Source of the DNA: Patescibacteria group bacterium
Lineage (GTDB): Bacteria > Patescibacteriota > Microgenomatia > UBA8517
Reading direction: 5' to 3'
Length of the DNA: 64,000 nt
NCBI GenBank assembly: GCA_018823885.1
Contig: JAHJHG010000001.1
Coordinates: forward strand, 108,645-172,644
Both the position numbers and the translations under genes were made by a program. The notes beneath the pieces are model-generated. The model was given only the letters and a program-made list of their open reading frames with translations, had not been told where the DNA came from and did no database searches. How positions within the stretch are numbered: the stretch's first letter is position 1; the number at the start of each line of letters is the position of its first letter. Positions 55,124 through 64,000 of the stretch are shown piece by piece.

Positions 55124-56890
55124 TTAGAAAGTTTTTAGTTTTAAAAGTTTATTCATAGGTGTGTTTTTTTCGAAAAAATTAAACCATAAAACGATATCAA
55201 GGATGGTACTAATCCTATTTATTTTTAAATTCATTTTTGCATCGTTGATAATTTTTCTCTTCCTTAAAAAAGGTGGAAAATCTAAGCGATTTAATAAATC
55301 AAACAGATATCTCGCGTCATTTTTAGAGATTTCAGAATAGTCGCTTATTAACTCTCTTGGGTTTTCATTAAATTGCATAATTCTTTGGTCATAAGCTCTC
55401 AATTTCTCCAAATTTTCATCGCTTGTTGACCTAATTTGCTTAACTTCAGGAAATGCTGTGTCGATTATTCGTCTATAAATAAACTTAAATTTGTAATCAT
55501 GTTGAATGCTTAGGCCAAATGTAATTAGTTTGTCGTTGAAAAATGGCTGTATTACTGTTTTCAAACAACTTCCAATAATATTACTAGGTGTTATGCTGAT
55601 TCCATTTCTAATTCGGTTTTTCATTAGAAAAACTACCATTCGATTTTCAGTCGTAGGTATATTATTCAATTCATCAACGACCCAGTCTTCTTTGTATTTA
55701 ATACTCTTCCAAACCTCAGGGTTTAAATAATCTTCGAGCCAAGAATATTCAAATCCAAACTGCTTTCTAAAAAGTTTAGCTAGATAGCGTGAATTCGCTT
55801 TCATTTGAATATGTATTGGGCGCACTCGAGTAGAGCGCATTATTATGTCTCCTCCAATACCATCAATATAAGTATCATATTTTTTGATCGTTTCCAGCAT
55901 CGGCATCGTCCATAAATGTTCTTGCACTAAACAGTCGCTCAAGTAAGCTTTCATAACAAAAAAACGTTCGTAAATATCGGCAGGTCTATCAATATAAATA
56001 CTATTTATCCCCAAAGCATTAGATAGTTCGCATACAATGTCTTTCTCTGAACCGCAAGGATGGAGTGTGGTTATCGTGTCAAAATCAGATTGGTTAGAAA
56101 ACTTTTTGAGACCAGCCACAATACACCGGGAATCATACCCTCCAGAGAGAGCAGTTATCGATTTCGATCCTTCAATGGTTTTTCCCAAATCACTAAAAAC
56201 CTTTCTAAATATTTCTACACCCTCTGAGGTTTTTTGTTCGTAGCTGGAGTTATAATCAATATCAATTTGCGAAAAATCCCAATACTTTTCCTGTCTAACA
56301 CTAATAGCATCTCTGTAGGATATCTTAACTAAAGTTCCATTTGATATTAAGCGAATATCTTTGTAAAAAGTTTCTTCACCTAACGTAAATCTAAAAGTTA
56401 AATATTCCCCCCACGCTTTCCAGTTTATGGGTGGTTTCCTATCTAATAAAGGTATTAGCAACTTTACTTCAGATCCGAAGGCAAAACCATCAGCACATCT
56501 GCATACGAAAAGGGGTCGAGAACCATATTTGTCAGTTATTATAAAAATTAGTTGTTTTTTCTTATCTATTAATAAAAGATTAAAGGATCCATTAATCTTT
56601 TTGACAAAATTAATAGAATGTTTTTTGTTATACAAGCTTATTATGTGACTTGCAGTTTTTTCTGCTTTAGGCTTATCAAAAAGATTTCCTTGAAAAACAA
56701 CAATCAAATTTTCGTCTTCAGCTATACAATCATCAATTGGGGCCAAACCACAGACTGATATTTTATAATTATTATCTTTAAAATATCTAAGATTTTTGTA
56801 ATAACTTTCAACACCTGCTGGAAGTATTCCTGTAAAACTCAAGTTGTTTCGTGATAAGTTTTTGCCTATCCTTCCAAAGATTTTAAGCAT
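55124..56890 (-). CDS. asparagine synthetase-like amidotransferase (AsnB family) lacking the N-terminal Cys nucleophile
   Basis: PP-loop SGGYDSR and the AsnB synthetase domain are present. The N-terminus is MLKIFG rather than MCG. Confidence 0.75.
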   Translation of the reverse strand: MLKIFGRIGKNLSRNNLSFTGILPAGVESYYKNLRYFKDNNYKISVCGLAPIDDCIAEDENLIVVFQGNLFDKPKAEKTASHIISLYNKKHSINFVKKINGSFNLLLIDKKKQLIFIITDKYGSRPLFVCRCADGFAFGSEVKLLIPLLDRKPPINWKAWGEYLTFRFTLGEETFYKDIRLISNGTLVKISYRDAISVRQEKYWDFSQIDIDYNSSYEQKTSEGVEIFRKVFSDLGKTIEGSKSITALSGGYDSRCIVAGLKKFSNQSDFDTITTLHPCGSEKDIVCELSNALGINSIYIDRPADIYERFFVMKAYLSDCLVQEHLWTMPMLETIKKYDTYIDGIGGDIIMRSTRVRPIHIQMKANSRYLAKLFRKQFGFEYSWLEDYLNPEVWKSIKYKEDWVVDELNNIPTTENRMVVFLMKNRIRNGISITPSNIIGSCLKTVIQPFFNDKLITFGLSIQHDYKFKFIYRRIIDTAFPEVKQIRSTSDENLEKLRAYDQRIMQFNENPRELISDYSEISKNDARYLFDLLNRLDFPPFLRKRKIINDAKMNLKINRISTILDIVLWFNFFEKNTPMNKLLKLKTF

Positions 56891-56922
56891 AATGTATAAT
56901 ATTTTACCAGAGTTTATAATTT

Positions 56923-57825
56923 ATGACATCTTATTCATTTATAATCCCATCATTCAACTCGGCCAAGGATCTCATGACGTGTGTTAGGAGTCTAAACAGT
57001 TTAAAATACAATAAGCGTAAATATGAAATTATTATTGTAGATGATGGTTCAACAGACCAATCGACTTCGCAAATAAAAAGACTCAACATAGCCAACCTAA
57101 AGATTTATAAGAACCCAAAACAAGGTGCTGCTGCTGCCCGGAATTATGGCATAGAAAAAGCAAAGAAAAACATCCTTATATTTCTAGACCAGGATGTATC
57201 AGTTAAAGAAAATTTGCTTAACATATATGATAGTGCTTTAAAGATTACTGGTGCAGATGCGGTGCAAGGTAATATTTGGAAGCAACTAATAAATACTGAG
57301 CTAACGAAGACACATGCAACGTGGAGAAAGATAGTATTTATAAACAAAGTTAACGATCATGATGGATTTATAAAAACTATTGTTACCAGGAATGTAGCCA
57401 TAAAGAAGGAGGTTTTAAATAAAATACTACGAAAAGATGGTTATATTTTTGACGAGAAATTTAAAGGTACTGGTGGCGAAGACCGCGAACTAGGATATAG
57501 AATTAATAAGCTTGGATTTAATATTTATCTTGAGCCCCAAGCCATCGTAAAACACAAAGACCCTGACAAGTTATTGGGTATCCTTATCCAAAAATATAAA
57601 CACGCACGGGGCGATGTAAAATTGGGGATTGGAGAAAAGTTTTACGACATATCTAACTTTAAGAGGGTTGTCATAAATCCGTTGGGAAGTGGAGTTCCTC
57701 TATATTTTTCATTTCTTATCTGGTGCTTTCATATAGCTGGTTGCGAAATCGAAAGAGCTAAGCAAAAACTTATCATAATTTCAAACGGTATTTTTTCCAG
57801 AAATCATAGCCCAAGGGGTTTTTAA
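56923..57825 (+). CDS. glycosyltransferase family 2
   Basis: FIIPSFNSAKDL...EIIIVDDGSTD and a DxD-containing core. Confidence 0.75.
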   Translation: MTSYSFIIPSFNSAKDLMTCVRSLNSLKYNKRKYEIIIVDDGSTDQSTSQIKRLNIANLKIYKNPKQGAAAARNYGIEKAKKNILIFLDQDVSVKENLLNIYDSALKITGADAVQGNIWKQLINTELTKTHATWRKIVFINKVNDHDGFIKTIVTRNVAIKKEVLNKILRKDGYIFDEKFKGTGGEDRELGYRINKLGFNIYLEPQAIVKHKDPDKLLGILIQKYKHARGDVKLGIGEKFYDISNFKRVVINPLGSGVPLYFSFLIWCFHIAGCEIERAKQKLIIISNGIFSRNHSPRGF

Positions 57826-58419
57826 CAAAATTAGCAAGTCAAGAAACAGGGATTTTTTCCCCGCATAATATGCGTCCAATTCTATTCTTTTGTCGAAATC
57901 CACACTACTTCTTCCCGATACTTGCCAATATCCTGTAATACCTGGTTTGACGGATAAAACATTTTTCAGCAATTTCTTTTTCTCGGGAAACTTTCTAAAC
58001 TGTTGCCCAAGCTCTTCAGGATAATATGGTCTAGGTCCGACAATGCTCATTTCACCCTTCAAAACATTCAACAGCTGTGGAATTTCGTCGATTGAGTGTT
58101 TCCTTATAAACCTACCGACTGGAGTCACTCTTGGATCGTTATAGAGCTTGTAACCAGATTTTGTATATTCTTTATGGAGATTCTTGAAACGAGGGTCTGT
58201 TTTTAAAAGTTCATGAGCATTTACTATCATTGACCTAAATTTATATGGAAAAAAAGCTCTATTGCTCTTCCCTACTCGCTTTGGTGTATTGGCAAAAATT
58301 GGGCCATGGGTTGTTAGTTTAATTAATAATGCGGTGATTAGTATAACAGGGGAAAAAAATATCAGTAGAAAAATAGCCCCAACAATATCTATTGATCTTT
58401 TTAATATCTTATAAATCAT
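57781..58419 (-). CDS. small phosphoglycosyl transferase (bacterial sugar transferase family, PglC/WbaP C-terminal-domain type)
   Basis: Single N-terminal TM helix followed by ...YKFRSM..., DE.PQL.NVL.G.MS.VGPRP motifs. Confidence 0.8.
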   Translation of the reverse strand: MIYKILKRSIDIVGAIFLLIFFSPVILITALLIKLTTHGPIFANTPKRVGKSNRAFFPYKFRSMIVNAHELLKTDPRFKNLHKEYTKSGYKLYNDPRVTPVGRFIRKHSIDEIPQLLNVLKGEMSIVGPRPYYPEELGQQFRKFPEKKKLLKNVLSVKPGITGYWQVSGRSSVDFDKRIELDAYYAGKKSLFLDLLILLKTPWAMISGKNTV

Positions 58420-58461
58420 ATAATAAATTCTACATTAAGAAAGCAGGTCAAAGCTAGTATA

Positions 58462-58608
58462 ATGCAAATAATGAAAGCGGCAATATATAATCCGTATTTA
58501 GACACCTTGGGTGGTGGCGAGCGCTATACGGTGGCAGTTGCTACAACCTTGAAAAAGAACGGTTATTTAGTCGATACTGAATGGAAAGATTCTTCAATAA
58601 AAAGTCTA
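58462..58608 (+). pseudogene. 5' fragment (about 48 codons) of a GT-B glycosyltransferase gene, truncated at repeat copy C
   Basis: The N-terminus MQIMKAAIYNPYLDTLGGGERYTVAVATTLKKNGYLVD looks like a glycosyltransferase start. Recognisable sequence stops where the repeat begins, and the remaining ORF is repeat-derived or antisense sequence. Confidence 0.5.
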
Positions 58609-58666
58609 TTTTATGGAGCCACTTCTTTCCACCTTAACCTTTTGAAGGTGAGGTCTCTGGGGAAAG
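58609..58666 (+). repeat. copy C of the ~55-nt direct repeat
   Basis: TTTTATGGAGCCACTTCTTTCCACCTTAACCTTTTGAAGGTGAGGTCTCTGGGGAAAG. Coincides with the glycosyltransferase truncation point and with the stop of the 723-aa minus-strand gene. Confidence 0.7.
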
Positions 58667-60782
58667 TTAAAACAAAGTCTGGAGCAAATTCGAAAACTTC
58701 CGCCGGCTCATCAGCATTATCACCCAATAGATCTCTCTCTAAGACTACCCCGCCATATGCAGCCACCATTCCTCTAACATGTAATTGGTTACTTCCCGCT
58801 CCTGTTCTGAATTGGCCTTCTGACAAAAATACTCCCTCTATTTCTACCGCAACTGGGTGAGAAACATTTGCATCAATAGAGATATTTCCTTTGTTTCCAC
58901 TATCGTCCTTGCCCACAATAAACATTATGAATCCTGTGCCATCAACAACATTAATTCTGTCATTGATATATAAATCTGCATTTTCCACTAAAACAACCAC
59001 TTTTCTAGTTCCTGGCATATTTATACTATTACTTATTGTTAAATCGCCCCAAGTATTGCCGTCAAAGTGATACCAAACATAACCCCTTGAAGGTGCTCCT
59101 CCCGAAGTAAAGAATCCTCCATTGACAGAAGCTTGTTCAATCTCTGTTAAGCTTACTTCAACATCTGAACGTACCATTTTTCTAAAGAAATTGTAGTCAT
59201 ATATTTTACTAAACAAGCTCTGAGTATTAGCAAGCCAGCCAGTTGAAGAAACACCTCCTTCTCCAAAATTTGCAGTAGAGCCACCATAAATAGGAACACC
59301 AGGATAACCGCCAAGTCCCTCTAAACCAAAGAGTGGGTTGCACCCAGGCAAGGCACAACTTGAAGGAATTGAAGAAATTATATCCCCACTTGTAATAACA
59401 TCCGCGTCTATCACCTGCCACCATGGACCGGGGGCAGTAACATTAAGAATAGCCGTATCAGTACATCTCTGTGCACCACCCATTATTACATTTGAAGTAA
59501 TTGTTGAACTACCAACAGCAAGTGTTTCCCCAACTGTTTGGTATGGTTGGGTGGTATCTGATGCCGGATTTACGGTTGATACGGCGGTATTGCTCGAAGA
59601 AAAATTCACCTGACCTACAATACCAGCTCCAATTGTAACCGTAGCTATATAATTCGCGTTTGTACCTATAGCCACACTTACAGTAGAAGGGTCTAAGCTA
59701 GCTGTGCATGAAGGGGTGGGGGTAGGTGTTGCTGCACATGCAGCGTCATCAACACACCTTGACTCAGCAGCACACCCAGGAGGAGAACATGTGCGCGTTT
59801 GTAATCTTTCATTACTAGGACAAGAACCCCCTCCACATGCACCATTTACCCAACTACCACAACCACACGTCCAATAGCAGCTTCCATATCTGGTCTCACA
59901 AGTATCAATTCCACAACCGGGAGCATAGCAGGACGTGCCACTAACTCTGCATTCTCTATTAAAAGCCCAAACACAATCTTTTACATAAACACATGTTCCA
60001 AGACACTCCCACCTTTTTAGAAAGATATCATAATAACAATTACAATCTGCTCCATATGTGCTACAGCCCGATCCGTTTGAACTACACTCAAGCCACCATT
60101 CGTTAACAAAACACTGCGTTCCCGTTCCCGTACATGATTGAGCCATCACCGTTTTTATGGGCCTAAACTTCCCTATAAAAAGAGCGGTCTTTTTTTTACC
60201 TAATTCAATAAATTCAAATTTATTATTAACTACTTCCTGCTGAATCTTTATTAACTCCTCTGATAGCTTATCTGGTTCTAAATCTCCGTTCGAAATTATG
60301 AACAGCCCCTCAACAAAATAGGAACTCACTATCGTATTAACACTTGCACCTCCTCCGCTCAACTCAGAAAGTTTGGGATTTATATAAAGAAAAAGTTCAT
60401 ATGTCTCGCTATCCTCATCATACGCTCCCCAAAAACCTCTTAATACCGTCCTTTCACCGCCATCAGTAGGCGTAACTATTTTGAGGACGGGCTGCTCTTC
60501 ATTTGTTAAGATAATTTTTATCTTTTCAGTGAAGTTTATTTGTTTGTCTTCAAAATTCATTACCCCACTTGCCATAATTCTATCTAGTATCCCTTTTTCC
60601 AATAAATATGTTTCTAGGGCTTCTTTGTCTTTAATTCGAAGTTCTAAATTGTCCTGCTGTGATTGAGTTTTAATGTATATGTTGCCTATTTTCTGACTTT
60701 TGTTGGCTCTATAAAGAAGAGTAATTTCAACAACCACGACAGCAAGAAGAATAAATAATATAATATAGAGCAGTTTTCTCAC
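58611..60782 (-). CDS. large secreted/surface protein with an extremely Cys-rich module
   Basis: 723 aa. Signal anchor (LLYIILFILLAVVVV). About 35 Cys within roughly 150 residues (...CTGTGTQCFVNEWWLECSSNGSGCSTYGADCNCYY...CGCGSWVNGACGGGSCP...), then a PTPTPS linker and Gly/Ser/Thr-rich repeats. Confidence 0.55.
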   Translation of the reverse strand: MRKLLYIILFILLAVVVVEITLLYRANKSQKIGNIYIKTQSQQDNLELRIKDKEALETYLLEKGILDRIMASGVMNFEDKQINFTEKIKIILTNEEQPVLKIVTPTDGGERTVLRGFWGAYDEDSETYELFLYINPKLSELSGGGASVNTIVSSYFVEGLFIISNGDLEPDKLSEELIKIQQEVVNNKFEFIELGKKKTALFIGKFRPIKTVMAQSCTGTGTQCFVNEWWLECSSNGSGCSTYGADCNCYYDIFLKRWECLGTCVYVKDCVWAFNRECRVSGTSCYAPGCGIDTCETRYGSCYWTCGCGSWVNGACGGGSCPSNERLQTRTCSPPGCAAESRCVDDAACAATPTPTPSCTASLDPSTVSVAIGTNANYIATVTIGAGIVGQVNFSSSNTAVSTVNPASDTTQPYQTVGETLAVGSSTITSNVIMGGAQRCTDTAILNVTAPGPWWQVIDADVITSGDIISSIPSSCALPGCNPLFGLEGLGGYPGVPIYGGSTANFGEGGVSSTGWLANTQSLFSKIYDYNFFRKMVRSDVEVSLTEIEQASVNGGFFTSGGAPSRGYVWYHFDGNTWGDLTISNSINMPGTRKVVVLVENADLYINDRINVVDGTGFIMFIVGKDDSGNKGNISIDANVSHPVAVEIEGVFLSEGQFRTGAGSNQLHVRGMVAAYGGVVLERDLLGDNADEPAEVFEFAPDFVLTFPRDLTFKRLRWKEVAP

Positions 60783-60822
60783 TAAAGTCAGTTTATGTCG
60801 GAACCATAAAATCTGTCAATCT

Positions 60823-62718
60823 TCATCTAATATCCCCATACTTTATCAATTCATATTTGCCCGCCATCTCTTCTTCTGTGGGAAATTCATTTACATGTAT
60901 AAATATTTGCCACACGGTATAATGGCCGTCCTCGGCCATTGTATTAGTTGTTGAAATAATCGAACCTCTTTTAAGACCAAACTCCTCCTGCAGCTCTCTC
61001 ATTGTCCAAGTCGACAAATGCGGACTAGATGTACCACTCTTGAGAATATAGCGTTCTTCCGCTTTACCAAACTCATTAATATACCTTAAACCAAGAAGGC
61101 CTGATTCGGTTGGTGGCGATGCAGGTCTGGTAGAAATAAATGCCTCAGGGTTTTGTTCCGGTGTTAAATCACTTCCAGGCTTGATTTGTAATACTAAATA
61201 TCCCAATCCCGAATCCACGAAACCATAAAAAAAGCCCACATCTTGCTGGCTTGAAGGAAGAGGATAATTCCAAACCTCAGAGCCTAAGCCACGAATATCC
61301 ATGCCAGAGTCTTTGTGCCATGGGTTGATTGCCCACCAGGTATCAAAATATGCCCTGTAAAGCTCAATCAGATCTGGATAATCGGAAACACCCATAAGTG
61401 AAATCAATTCTTCTGCTTTCCCCTCATATGATGTTATTTCTGTTAATGGCGCCATACCTTGCGGTCCTGAATAAGGAGTAAATTTAGACACATCCACTAT
61501 ATTAAGTTTCTGCAACAGTTCACTGTTCATCCTAATCACCAAACTCTCTGGTTGAACTAGTGGGGGCATTTCGGGTAATTCTTCTGTTGGTGTTGCTTCA
61601 GGAGTAACAATCTCAAAAAAGGCTGTGGGGTCGGCAAAACCTTCATCTGTTAACAAACCCTTTAGTGGGCTTATATGTCTATCTGTGGGAGACATTATAA
61701 TTTTCCATTCTCCGCCAGATTTGATTTTAAACTCCCCTGTTTTTAGTCTCTGAACCAGAGATCCTTGGGTAATTAAGTTTCCGGTTTCAGGATCAAATCC
61801 ATATCCCAGAAACTCATATTTGAGAAGATTGTTTACTCCACTAGGGTTCTCATTTCTTACCAAGAGGATAACTGAATTGACAGAGCCATCTTTGTTTAAA
61901 CGTATTAGTAAAGGCAGATTCTTTTCTTCGCCTGTTTCTTTGTTTTTGAAAACTGAAGTGGCAAAATTAAATATCTCTCCGCCTTCTATGCTCACAACGT
62001 TGCCTACTTCTTTTACTTCAGAGATGCCTAATTCCGTATATTCTTTGTTTAAATAATCTTGTATTGCCGTACTCATTTCATCTTCTGCTCCCGCAATAGG
62101 CATAATTTCTGTAGGAATCTGAGTTACTTCTGTGGCCACAGGCCCTATTCCCTGGACAGCCTCAGGAGTTCTGGGAGTAACGGTTGTTCCACAGGCAGCA
62201 GCGGCCAGAGAAAGGGCAAGAATGCCCATTTTCTTTTCCACTGGGGTCTTACCGAAAACTCTTTCTCCTTTAATTAGTTTTTCTGATTGTTTATGGAGTT
62301 TTGAAATTGTTCTGTCCAGATTAAAACCGCCATATCTGACTTGGTCGGGAATATGCTCTGAGTTTCTTATAATTCTAAATCTGGCTTCGGCTTCAGCCAG
62401 GGAGGCCAGTTGAACACTGCGGGAAGCGGTTTTCAAAGCCTCTTTTCTTTCTGGAACTTTAATATCAGAACTGATGGAGAATCTTGTTTGGGAAGGGGTG
62501 GTTACTTTAAGTTCAATTCTTGTCTCTTCAGTCTTTTCAACCAAGGGCGCCAGCTGATCAGGTGAGGAAAGAATCCCCTTGAAGCCCTCTATCTTCCCTT
62601 TCGGTAAAATCATCCTCTGAGAAAGTTCTCTGACGTATTCCTCAAGGCTATTGGTAACAACAACCTTTGCTTTCCTCTCAGAAGCTGTTTTTACTTCAGA
62701 CATTCTTTCTACTCTCAT
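60823..62718 (-). CDS. large hypothetical protein with an internal signal/lipobox-like segment (start uncertain)
   Basis: 631-aa ORF. A ...MGILALSLAAAACG... segment at residues ~165-178 looks like a lipoprotein-type signal. The true start may be this internal Met. Confidence 0.45.
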   Translation of the reverse strand: MRVERMSEVKTASERKAKVVVTNSLEEYVRELSQRMILPKGKIEGFKGILSSPDQLAPLVEKTEETRIELKVTTPSQTRFSISSDIKVPERKEALKTASRSVQLASLAEAEARFRIIRNSEHIPDQVRYGGFNLDRTISKLHKQSEKLIKGERVFGKTPVEKKMGILALSLAAAACGTTVTPRTPEAVQGIGPVATEVTQIPTEIMPIAGAEDEMSTAIQDYLNKEYTELGISEVKEVGNVVSIEGGEIFNFATSVFKNKETGEEKNLPLLIRLNKDGSVNSVILLVRNENPSGVNNLLKYEFLGYGFDPETGNLITQGSLVQRLKTGEFKIKSGGEWKIIMSPTDRHISPLKGLLTDEGFADPTAFFEIVTPEATPTEELPEMPPLVQPESLVIRMNSELLQKLNIVDVSKFTPYSGPQGMAPLTEITSYEGKAEELISLMGVSDYPDLIELYRAYFDTWWAINPWHKDSGMDIRGLGSEVWNYPLPSSQQDVGFFYGFVDSGLGYLVLQIKPGSDLTPEQNPEAFISTRPASPPTESGLLGLRYINEFGKAEERYILKSGTSSPHLSTWTMRELQEEFGLKRGSIISTTNTMAEDGHYTVWQIFIHVNEFPTEEEMAGKYELIKYGDIR

Positions 62719-63202
62719 TGTATATTAAAAAATATTCTTTTGTCAGCAACCGTAATTCTTAACTTTATAACCTATAACCCAAGCAATTATACCACATACC
62801 TCTTTTTCTTTTGTTGCTGCGAGTTCTCAAAACGATCGCAACACTTTAAAAGATAGTTTTTAGGCATCATCTTCTCCATGGAAGTAAGAATGGAGATATG
62901 GTAATCGAAGCTACACCGGGGGGTTGCAATCGTTCTTAGAACTTATGCGCGTATTTTTTGTTTCATATTTACTTAATATTTGTGCTAAGAACATGGGCAC
63001 TACTTAACATTACCTTTTAATAACCAGCGGGTCGCTCACTTTAACATAAGCAATGCGGTCATTATCATTATACTTAAATCCTGAAACACTGTGTGATTGT
63101 CAACACAATCTAAACCCAACGCCGTCCATTCTTTTTTTTTGCTTAAAAACAAGCACAATAATCTGTCTTGACATCTATTATTTAGCCCACTAGGGTTAGG
63201 GT

Positions 63203-64000
63203 ATGAAACTTGATCAAGGCAAAAGCATGTCTCCTTTAATTTTACCAAACGATAAAATTATCGTCGCTAAAACCTCGTCTTTAAAAGTTAATGACATTGT
63301 CGTCTTTAAAAAAGAAAAGCGCTTAATCGCCCACAGATTAATCTATATTTCACCATCAAAAGATTTTCTTGTAACTAAAGGTGACAACAACCTCAAATCG
63401 GATGGAAAAATAAAGCCCAGTCAAATTCTGGGCAAGGTTAATTTCATCAAAAGAAATGGAGAGACTATTAAATTATCCCACATTTATCTGTCCCAATCTT
63501 CAGCCTATCTTCAAGAGCTAATAAAAATCAATAAAGCTCTTGACCAAAAACACATTCCATATATTTTTTTGAAAGGACTCCCCTTGCACCTGCATTTTGG
63601 TCAAACTTTCCCAAAAAGATTATATTTGGACGCAGACATTCTTACTAATAGAACATCTTCAACACAGGTCGACAAAGTCCTGGTTAGCTTTGGGTTTAAG
63701 AAACAAAAACGCACCCTCTTTGATAAAAAAAATACGGAGTCAACACAGATTTCTTATCTTAAAGAAACTAAACCCTTCCCGGTAATTATTGATTTACACC
63801 TCGAACCCGCCATTGGCTTTACTAAACTTAAAAGCATTAATAAACTGTTGCCGTCAACAAAGCAATTTGCCCAATATCTTTTCAAAAATATCCAGATAAT
63901 CAAACTAGACAAGAGAAGCTTCCCAATCCTTAACACCGAAACATTAATTCTCTACCTTTTCCTGCATCTTTATCATCACAACTTCCATGGCGCCCACAGA
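63203..64000 (+). CDS. protein with an N-terminal signal-peptidase-I/LexA-like (S26/S24) fold, partial (continues past the window end)
   Basis: ...GKSMSPLILPNDKIIV... (SMxPTL-like) and ...KGDNNLKSDGKIKPSQILGKV... (GDNRxxSxDSR-like) motifs. No stop before position 64000. Confidence 0.45.
   Translation, partial: MKLDQGKSMSPLILPNDKIIVAKTSSLKVNDIVVFKKEKRLIAHRLIYISPSKDFLVTKGDNNLKSDGKIKPSQILGKVNFIKRNGETIKLSHIYLSQSSAYLQELIKINKALDQKHIPYIFLKGLPLHLHFGQTFPKRLYLDADILTNRTSSTQVDKVLVSFGFKKQKRTLFDKKNTESTQISYLKETKPFPVIIDLHLEPAIGFTKLKSINKLLPSTKQFAQYLFKNIQIIKLDKRSFPILNTETLILYLFLHLYHHNFHGAHR

Noticed and set aside
50321-58666. Interpretation of the 55-nt repeats as integron attC sites or CRISPR repeats
   Set aside because: No GTTRRRY / RYYYAAC core sites or imperfect-palindrome attC architecture. 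Only three copies with kb-scale, unequal spacing and no short regular spacers. The 10-aa micro-ORF is broken in copy B.
1-64000. Alternative genetic code (UGA=Gly, as in some CPR lineages)
   Set aside because: Conserved genes (rpsR, ssb, rplL, cysS and others) end at TGA, TAA or TAG where expected. Reading through TGA produces no better alignments. The standard bacterial code fits.

Overview
This is a low-GC (~38%) window with short, densely packed genes (compact EF-Ts, short ProRS, leaderless promoters), in the style of a streamlined, CPR/Patescibacteria-like bacterial genome. Standard genetic code: TGA is used as a stop. Almost all of the first ~43 kb is housekeeping. It holds rpsF-ssb-rpsR, ychF, cysS, dnaX-ybaB-recR, ybeY, proS, rseP, rpsB-tsf-frr, folD, a nucleoside-salvage kinase trio (tmk-like/dNK/tdk), topA, dprA, PBP2/mreB, def-fmt and rpmB. 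It also holds a tRNA / L33 / secE-nusG-L11-L1-L10-L7/L12 block that is interrupted by several insertions, including a 5.4 kb segment next to tRNA-Trp that contains a GC-rich patch. The last ~20 kb (43.7–62.7 kb) is accessory. It carries a four-gene ATP-grasp (RimK-like) amidoligase neighbourhood with a fused retropepsin-like domain and a polytopic (about 6–7 TM by eye) membrane protein, and an M16 peptidase. After that comes a putative RiPP-like cassette: a radical-SAM/SPASM enzyme, a small Pro/Cys-rich peptide gene and a HExxH protein. That cassette is bracketed by a ~55-nt direct repeat present three times within 8.3 kb. The third repeat copy sits exactly where a glycosyltransferase gene is truncated. 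Further downstream are a sugar-modification locus (GT4, an AsnB-like amidotransferase lacking the Cys nucleophile, GT2, a PglC-like phosphoglycosyl transferase) and two very large secreted proteins, one with an extremely Cys-rich module. There are four tRNAs (Thr-TGT, Tyr-GTA, Thr-GGT, Trp-CCA). No rRNA or CRISPR array was seen. The ORF track marks ATG/GTG/TTG starts alike, so several starts were re-evaluated by eye.
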